From positions 683,586 to 747,585 of the forward strand of contig CAWIMB010000001.1 in assembly GCA_963837155.1 (NCBI GenBank): a DNA stretch of 64,000 nucleotides, read 5' to 3'. Made by a program: the position numbers and the translations under genes. The notes below the pieces were generated by a model. The model searched no databases and was not told where the DNA came from. It saw nothing but the letters and a program-made list of their open reading frames with translations. Each line of letters starts with the position of its first letter. Position 1 is the stretch's first letter. This DNA comes from an uncultured Actinomycetes bacterium. Its GTDB lineage: Bacteria; Actinomycetota; Acidimicrobiia; IMCC26256; PALSA-610. Below are positions 57,891 through 64,000 of this stretch, one piece after another.

Positions 57891-60341
57891 GTGCACGGGA
57901 GGCACGACGACGTGCGAAAGCACCCCCTCGAGATCCGACGTCGCCACGAATACCCCGATCCGAGCGAATGCTTGGCCTCCGCGATCCTTGAATCGGGCTC
58001 GTTCGCCGTCGTCGCCATCGACCTCTCCCGCCGCATCGTGCGGTGGAACCGGGCGGCCGAGCAGCTGTACGGCTGGCGCGCCTCCGAAGCCATCGGCCGC
58101 GCGATCGAGCTCATCGTGCCCGACGACCGGCGCGACGAGTTCGGCGCGCTGCTCTCGGCGCTCCAGCGCGGCGAACAACCGGCGCCGCTCGACACGACGC
58201 GTGTCACAAAGACCGGCGCCACGGTGCAGGTGCACATGTGGATGTCACCCGTGCTCGACGGCACCGGCAATCTCTGCGGCGCGTCGCTGCTGACGTTCGA
58301 TAACAGCGAACAGGTCGCGACGCGCGCGGCCCTCCTCGCGAGCGAGAGCAGATATCGCGCGCTCGTCGACACGCTCAGCGAGTTCGTGCTCGTCACCGAC
58401 GAACTCGGCGAGGTCGCGCACGCGCAACCGTCATGGTCGGCGTACACCGGCCAGGATTTCACGGCGAGCGCGGGGCGGAGCTGGCTCGACGCCGTTCACG
58501 TGAGTGATCGCAATGACTGTGTGAGTACCTGGGTCGCCGGCGTGGCCAGCAACGAGGCGTTCGCGATCTCCGCACGGTTGCAACACGAATCGGGAGCGTT
58601 CCGATACTGCGAAGGTCGCGTGACACCGTTGTGCGATCCGCTCGGTCGCGTCGTGGAATGGGTGGTCGCGTTCAGCGATGTCCACGACCGTCGCCTCGCG
58701 CAGGAACGCGAGCACAAAGTGGCGAACGAGTGGCGGCGGATCTACGCCGCCAACATCTTCGGCATCTGTTCCGGGAACCGCACTCGCATGGTTGACGCCA
58801 ACGGCGCCATGCTCGAGCTGCTCGGCATCAGCGAAGACGACCTGGACGGCGGCGTACAGCTCGACGAGCTCGTCGTGCCGGCCGAGCCCCTCGTGTCGAG
58901 CACACCGTTCGGAGACGGCGAGGCCCGCGAATTCGTAATCAGGCGAAGCGACGGCTCGACGGCGTACATCCTCGCCGCCGGCGTCGGGACCGAACGCGGG
59001 TGGCTCGCGGTTGCAGCCGACGTCACCGAGCGCAAGGAGGCCGAACAGGCCGCCGAGCATCGTGCGCTCCACGACGCGCTGACCGGATTGCCGAACCGGC
59101 GGCTGCTCGTGAACCGGCTCGAGCACGCGCTCATGCGCTCGAAGCGCAGCGACGCGACCGTCGGGATCTTGTTCTGCGACCTCGACAACTTCAAGGAGGT
59201 CAATGACACCTTCGGTCACGCGGCCGGCGACGAGGTGTTGAAGACGATCGCACGGCGGCTCGCGGGATTGTTGCGCGAAGTCGACACGTTCGCGCGTACC
59301 GGTGGTGACGAGTTCGTCATCCTCGTGGAGGACCTCGCCGACCCCGATGACGCCGCGTGCGTGGCCGAGCGCGTGCGCCCCGTCCTGTCCGCACCGATCG
59401 ACGTGGACGACCGCCAGGTCAGGATGACCGCCAGCTTCGGGGTGGCGCTCAGCTCCGGCGAGGACGATCGCGTCGAGCGCCTCCTCGGTCGCGCCGACGA
59501 CGCGATGTACCGCGCCAAGAAGAACGGACGCGATCAAGTCGTGGTCAGCGCGTTTTCGGCGCCGTCGCGTTCCGACCGGCGCTGGGTCGAACGCGAGCTG
59601 AAGCGTGCGCTCGCCGACGACGCGCTCACACTTGCGTTCCAGCCGGTCATCGATCTTCGTGCCGGACGGGCTGTCGGTGCCGAGGCACTGCTCCGCTGGC
59701 ATGTCGAAGGCGAACTCGTGCCGACTGCCCATGCGATCGCGGTCGCCGAAGAGAGCGGCATCATCATCCGCATCAGCGACTGGGTGTTGCGCGAGGCGTG
59801 CCGCCAGTTCGGCGAGTGGCGCGCCGGAGAACCCGAGGCCCGTGATTGGAGGCTGCACATCAATGTGTCGGCCCGTGACATCGCCGACGAGCAGTTCGTC
59901 GAACGCGTGCTCAAGGGCATCGCCGAGGGCGGCTGCGTGCCTTCCGACCTGTGTCTCGAAGTCACCGAGACCGCGATGCTCCAGCATCCCGAGCGCTGCC
60001 ACGAGCGGCTCCGTGAGCTGCAGCAGGCCGGCGTCGTCGTTGCGATCGACGACTTCGGCATGGGCTATGCGTCGCTCGGCGTGCTGCGCGACGTGCCGGC
60101 CGACATCGTGAAGATCGACCGGTCGTTCGTGGCCGAACTGAATTCGTCCGAGCGAGACCGGGCGATCGTCGAGCACGCGATTGACCTGTCGCACCGCCTC
60201 GGGCTCATCGTCGTCGGCGAGGGCGTCGAATCACTCGCGCAGATGACGATTCTCGAGGAGTACGGGTGCGATCGCGCGCAGGGATACGCGTTCGCTCCTC
60301 CCGGCGCCGTCGACGACCTGCTCAGCTGGCCGGCGCGCTGA
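57891..60341 (+). CDS. PAS-PAS-GGDEF-EAL cyclic-di-GMP signalling protein
   Basis: 816 aa with PAS segments (RIVRWNRAAEQLYGWRASEAIG), the GGDEF site RTGGDEFVIL preceded by LPNRRLL, and EAL-domain motifs (EALLRW, DDFGMGYASL, VKIDRSF, GEGVES). Confidence 0.92.
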   Translation: MHGRHDDVRKHPLEIRRRHEYPDPSECLASAILESGSFAVVAIDLSRRIVRWNRAAEQLYGWRASEAIGRAIELIVPDDRRDEFGALLSALQRGEQPAPLDTTRVTKTGATVQVHMWMSPVLDGTGNLCGASLLTFDNSEQVATRAALLASESRYRALVDTLSEFVLVTDELGEVAHAQPSWSAYTGQDFTASAGRSWLDAVHVSDRNDCVSTWVAGVASNEAFAISARLQHESGAFRYCEGRVTPLCDPLGRVVEWVVAFSDVHDRRLAQEREHKVANEWRRIYAANIFGICSGNRTRMVDANGAMLELLGISEDDLDGGVQLDELVVPAEPLVSSTPFGDGEAREFVIRRSDGSTAYILAAGVGTERGWLAVAADVTERKEAEQAAEHRALHDALTGLPNRRLLVNRLEHALMRSKRSDATVGILFCDLDNFKEVNDTFGHAAGDEVLKTIARRLAGLLREVDTFARTGGDEFVILVEDLADPDDAACVAERVRPVLSAPIDVDDRQVRMTASFGVALSSGEDDRVERLLGRADDAMYRAKKNGRDQVVVSAFSAPSRSDRRWVERELKRALADDALTLAFQPVIDLRAGRAVGAEALLRWHVEGELVPTAHAIAVAEESGIIIRISDWVLREACRQFGEWRAGEPEARDWRLHINVSARDIADEQFVERVLKGIAEGGCVPSDLCLEVTETAMLQHPERCHERLRELQQAGVVVAIDDFGMGYASLGVLRDVPADIVKIDRSFVAELNSSERDRAIVEHAIDLSHRLGLIVVGEGVESLAQMTILEEYGCDRAQGYAFAPPGAVDDLLSWPAR

Positions 60342-60796
60342 ACTCGACGCGAACGCCCACGCGGCGATTTCTCGGCGGCCATCTGGTCGCCGACCTCGCG
60401 GAGCGTCTCGCGGTCGATCTTGCGCTTCAACTCGGGGAAGATCTCCTTCTCTTCCTCCTTCACGTGATGCTTGATGCCCGCTTTCAGCATCTCGACGACG
60501 GCGCCGAAGCCGGGCTCGTCAACGAGCGTGCGCATCTGCTTGAGACCCTCACGGACCAGGCCGTGCTCGATCTCGGCCTCCTTGGCCTCTTCTTGACCGA
60601 CCGCGCGGGCGACCAGCGGATACACGAGCTGTTCCTCGATCCGCATGTGCAGCGTCAGAGCCTTCTCGACCTTGTCGACATTGCCGCGCCGGCGCGGGCC
60701 GGGCTTGCTGTCCGAAAGCTTGGTCAGCAGCTCTTCAACCTCGCGGTGGTCCCGCTTCAGCATTGTGATCGGATCGTTCACCAATTCCTCCAACAT
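60065..60796 (-). CDS. Hemerythrin-domain protein. The ORF runs 277 nt antisense into the EAL gene, so the real C-terminus is probably near 60324-60370.
   Basis: MLKRDHREVEELL...LHMRIEEQLVYP...EHGLVRE...IKHHVKEEEKEIFPELK gives the H/HxxxE/HxxxH/HxxxxD-type hemerythrin pattern. Beyond about aa 145 the sequence is low-complexity and antisense to the EAL domain. The alternative frame would end ...RRVGVRVEFSAPAS*. Confidence 0.7.
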   Translation of the reverse strand: MLEELVNDPITMLKRDHREVEELLTKLSDSKPGPRRRGNVDKVEKALTLHMRIEEQLVYPLVARAVGQEEAKEAEIEHGLVREGLKQMRTLVDEPGFGAVVEMLKAGIKHHVKEEEKEIFPELKRKIDRETLREVGDQMAAEKSPRGRSRRVQRAGQLSRSSTAPGGANAYPCARSHPYSSRIVICASDSTPSPTTMSPRRCDRSIACSTIARSRSDEFSSATNDRSIFTMSAGTSRSTPSDA

Positions 60797-60899
60797 CAGG
60801 TAGGTCGTGCGCCGGGCATACCCGATGTCCTGTTCGCCAACACGTGGGTGTCCGGCTTAGGGTGCGGCGAACGCGCGGCGGGAGCGGGAGCGGGGGCAG

Positions 60900-62630
60900 G
60901 TGGGGATGCGCGCAGCAACGACTGGCAACTTTGGTGCGCGGCACCGTGCTGCTTCGTGCGTTGTCGCAATCGTTCTCGGCGTGGGTGCCTTCGCGGTCGG
61001 CGCCCGCGCGGACGCCGCGATGCCGACGGAGCTCGGACCGTGGCTCTTTTGGAACTCTCCGACCGCGCAACAGAGTTTCTCGGCGCTGTCGCAACGCGTG
61101 ACCCCGCGCAATCTCGCGCCGACGATCTACTGGTCCACGCAGTGGTTCTGGAATGGTGCGGCGAACGGCGGCTACGCCGGGATCCAGACCGACGGGATCC
61201 GCGCCGACGGCAGTATCGGCCCGATGGCCATCTTCTCGGTCTGGGACGCGACCCGAGCGATTCCCGGCCCGAACGCCGCGTGCATCCCGTTCTCGGGTGA
61301 GGGCGTCGGCCGGTCGTGCCGGATGCCGATCGCGGTCACCGCCGGCCACACGTATCGCACGGACGTCGCAGCCGTGCGTGTCGACGCCGCCGGCCAGTGG
61401 TGGCATGCGACAATCGTCGACGAGACGAGCGGCGCAGTCGCCGACCTCGGCGAGATTCCGGCGCCGGCCAACGCGACCGCGTACATGCCAGCCACGTTCG
61501 TCGAGTACTTCGGACGCCCGGTCGGGTGCGGCCAGGAACCCATCGTGCTGAGTGACTTCGAGGCGCCGCGCGTGCGGCCGGCCGGGACGGGCACGAGCCT
61601 CCCGTCCTCGTATCAGCAAGCGACGACCCGAACGTGTGCACGGGCCCTCGTTGCCGCGACGCCAACCGGGGCGACGATGACGTTCGGAGGTCCGCAACCC
61701 TCGTTCGTGCCGAATGCCCGCGTCGTCACGCCGCTCGAGCCGGCCGGCGTATGGGTTGCGTGGGACACCGCGATCTCCGACGGTGGATCGCCGATCTCCG
61801 GCTACACCGTGCAGTCGTCGACGAACGGCGGCACGAGCTGGCAACTGTTCGCCAGCACCAACGGGAACTCGCGCAACGCCACCGCCACGAACATGGCGCC
61901 CGGCACCTACACGTTCCGCGTCGCGGCCGTGAATAGCGCCGGGACGGGTGCGTGGTCGGACCCGACGCCGCCGCTCACGGTGACCGCAGCAACGCCATCG
62001 CTCACGAGCCCGACTACGCCCGTACAGCTCGCGACGTCGTTCCCGGTCTCGTGGACCGGCGACCTGGCGCGCATCGATCACTTCGACGTGCAGCGACGGA
62101 CCGCGACTTGGAACGGCCGGTTCGGGGCGTGGAGCGATTGGCTGACGAACACGACCGCGACCACCGCGCAGTTCGCAGGCACCACGGGCCGGACCACATG
62201 CTTCCGCGTGCGCTCGACCGACAAGGCGGGCGCGGTCTCGGCGTACTCGGCGGCCCGGTGCACCACCGTCCCGTTGCGGAGCGATCAGGTCTCGTACTCG
62301 GCGGGCTGGTCCAAGCTCACGAATCCTGATGTTTACGCCGGCTTCGCATACCGCACGACGGCGACCGGGGCTTCCATGACGCGGCGATCGATCCTCGGCG
62401 AGCGCCTGTACCTCGTCGCAACGCGTTGCGCGAGCTGCGGCACCGTCGACGTCCGCTTCAAGGGTGTGCGCGTCGCCACCGTGAACCTCGAAGCCCCCAC
62501 GACGCAACGCAAGCAGGTCATTCCGGTCGGGTCGTTCTCGTCCGTGCAGGGCGGCACACTCACGCTGACGGTGACGAGCGCCGCCGGGAAGACCGTCACG
62601 CTCGAGGGTCTCGCGGTCTTCCAGGACTGA
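60900..62630 (+). CDS. Secreted protein: N-terminal DUF3472-like domain plus fibronectin type III domain(s) and a C-terminal beta-sandwich
   Basis: 576 aa with the signal AASCVVAIVLGVGAFAVGARA. The FN3 signature is SPISGYTVQSSTNGGTSWQ...PGTYTFRVAAVNSAGTGAWS. Confidence 0.7.
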   Translation: MGMRAATTGNFGARHRAASCVVAIVLGVGAFAVGARADAAMPTELGPWLFWNSPTAQQSFSALSQRVTPRNLAPTIYWSTQWFWNGAANGGYAGIQTDGIRADGSIGPMAIFSVWDATRAIPGPNAACIPFSGEGVGRSCRMPIAVTAGHTYRTDVAAVRVDAAGQWWHATIVDETSGAVADLGEIPAPANATAYMPATFVEYFGRPVGCGQEPIVLSDFEAPRVRPAGTGTSLPSSYQQATTRTCARALVAATPTGATMTFGGPQPSFVPNARVVTPLEPAGVWVAWDTAISDGGSPISGYTVQSSTNGGTSWQLFASTNGNSRNATATNMAPGTYTFRVAAVNSAGTGAWSDPTPPLTVTAATPSLTSPTTPVQLATSFPVSWTGDLARIDHFDVQRRTATWNGRFGAWSDWLTNTTATTAQFAGTTGRTTCFRVRSTDKAGAVSAYSAARCTTVPLRSDQVSYSAGWSKLTNPDVYAGFAYRTTATGASMTRRSILGERLYLVATRCASCGTVDVRFKGVRVATVNLEAPTTQRKQVIPVGSFSSVQGGTLTLTVTSAAGKTVTLEGLAVFQD

Positions 62631-62673
62631 TCGTCATGTTTGCGGGCTTGACGGCTTCGCGAGACTCTCGGAC

Positions 62674-62967
62674 ATGAGGGAGACGTGCACCCATCTCGAC
62701 CACATCCTTCCCGTGCCGCCGCGGGCACTCGGCTGCGAGGAGTGCCTCAAGACGGGGAGCCGGTGGGTGCACCTGCGGCGCTGCACCGAGTGCGGTCACG
62801 TCGGGTGCTGTGACCAGTCACCGGGCAAGCACGCCACCGCCCACTTCCACGAGACCGCGCACCCGCTGATCCAGTCGTTCGAGCCGGGTGAGGACTGGTA
62901 CTGGTGTTACGTCGACGATCTCATGTTCGAGATCGCGAGCGACGTGCCGAGCCCGTCACACCCCTGA
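62674..62967 (+). CDS. UBP-type zinc-finger domain protein
   Basis: 97 aa: CTHL...CEECLKTGSRWVHLRRCTECGHVGCCDQSPGKHATAHFHETAHPL. This is the canonical zf-UBP Cys/His pattern. Confidence 0.85.
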   Translation: MRETCTHLDHILPVPPRALGCEECLKTGSRWVHLRRCTECGHVGCCDQSPGKHATAHFHETAHPLIQSFEPGEDWYWCYVDDLMFEIASDVPSPSHP

Positions 62968-64000
62968 GCGGGCGGGCGACTCCGTCGCCGGCTCGGACCG
63001 GGGCTCCGGCACCGGGTCGCGCTCGTCATCGGCACGCGGCGCGAAGAGGCGACCGATGAGCGGGAGCTCGAAGAACGACTCGGCGCGCGCCACGGCGATC
63101 GACGCGCCGAGCAGATGCTCGGTCGAGTCGTAGCAGGCGAAGCGCGCGTGCCAGTCCGGCTGGAACTTCTCGTTGAACGTCCACAACGACTCGATCTGCA
63201 TCGAGTCACTCATGCGCTCGAGGAACCACTTCTGGGCGCGGTGCATCAAGCGGTCGCCGGTCTCGCATGCGAGCACCGCACGGAACGTCGCGAAGTTCAG
63301 CGCCAACCCGACATACCCCTCGGTGCGGAGGTGGGCGATCGTTTCGACGACGATGAACTCGGTGAGCCCGTTGGGCACGCCGGGCGCCTCGGAGCGGCGC
63401 ATGAGATCGAGCGACCAGCCGTTGATCGCGCGGGCGGGCACGTACTGACAGAAGCCGGCGGGCTGTTGGTTCTCGTCGAACGCCACCGCGAGGAGCAGGC
63501 CGCGATCGTCGGCTTCGAACGCGCGGCCGAGCGTCATCGAAAAGCCGCGCTCGACCTCGCCCTTGCGGCTTCCGCTCATCAGCGCCCGCAGCTGTTCTCG
63601 GAGCTGGACGTCGAGTTGCGCCGGGTCGAAGAACTCGATGACGTAGCCCGCCTTGGCCACACGTCCCGCGGACTGCCGCAGGCTCTTGTTCTGCTTGCCG
63701 TCGAGGCTGAAGCGGCGCACGTCGACCACCGCTTCGTCACCGATGTAGAGCGCGTGCATGCCGCTGGCGCGGTACACCGGCACCCAGTCGCCGCCGGCGC
63801 CCATCACCGCGACCGGCCAGCCGTGCTCGTCGGCGAACTCGCGGAACGCGGCCCACGCCTCGGCCCGCTGGCCCACCGGCCCGATCGGGTCGGGCGAGAC
63901 GAGCGCGATCCCGTTGTGGACGCGGTACGACACGAGCGTGTCGCGGAAGCCGAACCATTCCTTGTCCGCCCGCAACGCGAAATACGACAGCGAGTCGCAG
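62956..64000 (-). CDS. Phosphatidylglycerol lysyltransferase C-terminal domain protein (MprF/LysX-type, DUF2156); the N-terminus runs off the window
   Basis: DKEWFGFRDTLVSYRVHNGIALVSPDPIGP...NKSLRQSAGRVAKAGY...GFSMTLGR...GWSLDLMRR...PNGLTEFIVVE...LNFATF...SLWTFNEKFQPDW. The frame is still open at position 64000. Confidence 0.85.
   Translation of the reverse strand, partial: CDSLSYFALRADKEWFGFRDTLVSYRVHNGIALVSPDPIGPVGQRAEAWAAFREFADEHGWPVAVMGAGGDWVPVYRASGMHALYIGDEAVVDVRRFSLDGKQNKSLRQSAGRVAKAGYVIEFFDPAQLDVQLREQLRALMSGSRKGEVERGFSMTLGRAFEADDRGLLLAVAFDENQQPAGFCQYVPARAINGWSLDLMRRSEAPGVPNGLTEFIVVETIAHLRTEGYVGLALNFATFRAVLACETGDRLMHRAQKWFLERMSDSMQIESLWTFNEKFQPDWHARFACYDSTEHLLGASIAVARAESFFELPLIGRLFAPRADDERDPVPEPRSEPATESPARSGV

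Overview
High-G+C, Actinomycetota-like chromosomal segment (F420/DDN, LLM, DinB, OtrA-like and LysX-like gene content). G+C was judged by eye, not computed. The flanks (1-22 kb and 44.5-64 kb) carry ordinary genes. On the left are an acyl-CoA dehydrogenase, amidase, Zn-ADH, PPK2, two adenylate-cyclase multidomain proteins, a Tet(M)/OtrA-type ribosomal-protection GTPase, a DAG-kinase-like lipid kinase and a sugar-binding lipoprotein. On the right are a giant tandem-repeat surface protein, DDN reductase, ASST-domain lipoprotein, DUF2207, methyltransferase, cupredoxin, LLM oxidoreductase, PAS-GGDEF-EAL, hemerythrin, an FN3 protein, zf-UBP and an MprF/LysX C-terminal domain. The centre (22418-44457) is a composite integrative island at tRNA-Ala(UGC). 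The intact tRNA lies at 44384-44457 (-), and two direct copies of its 3' end lie at 26336-26381 and 22418-22460. The distal 4-kb segment carries a tyrosine integrase and vapBC. The proximal 18-kb segment has no integrase. It carries a sulfide/nitrite-type redox cluster (SQR-like, TusE/DsrC, DsrE-like, DsbA-like, NirK-like), a perfect 9-bp tandem repeat next to a degenerate tRNA-Met, mobile-element debris (IS3 remnant, truncated MFS, possible relaxase fragment), two paralogous secreted proteins, and a PD-(D/E)XK nuclease pair. The best candidate for an undescribed system is a two-gene module at 38645-40262: a membrane-anchored DUF5919-like protein followed by a viperin-like radical SAM enzyme. 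About one third of the genes are interrupted as assembled, by frameshifts (often an extra base in short C/G runs) and by three in-frame TAG codons. This is either an assembly-quality problem or real gene decay, so every call labelled pseudogene carries that caveat. All calls come from manual translation and motif recognition, with no database searches.
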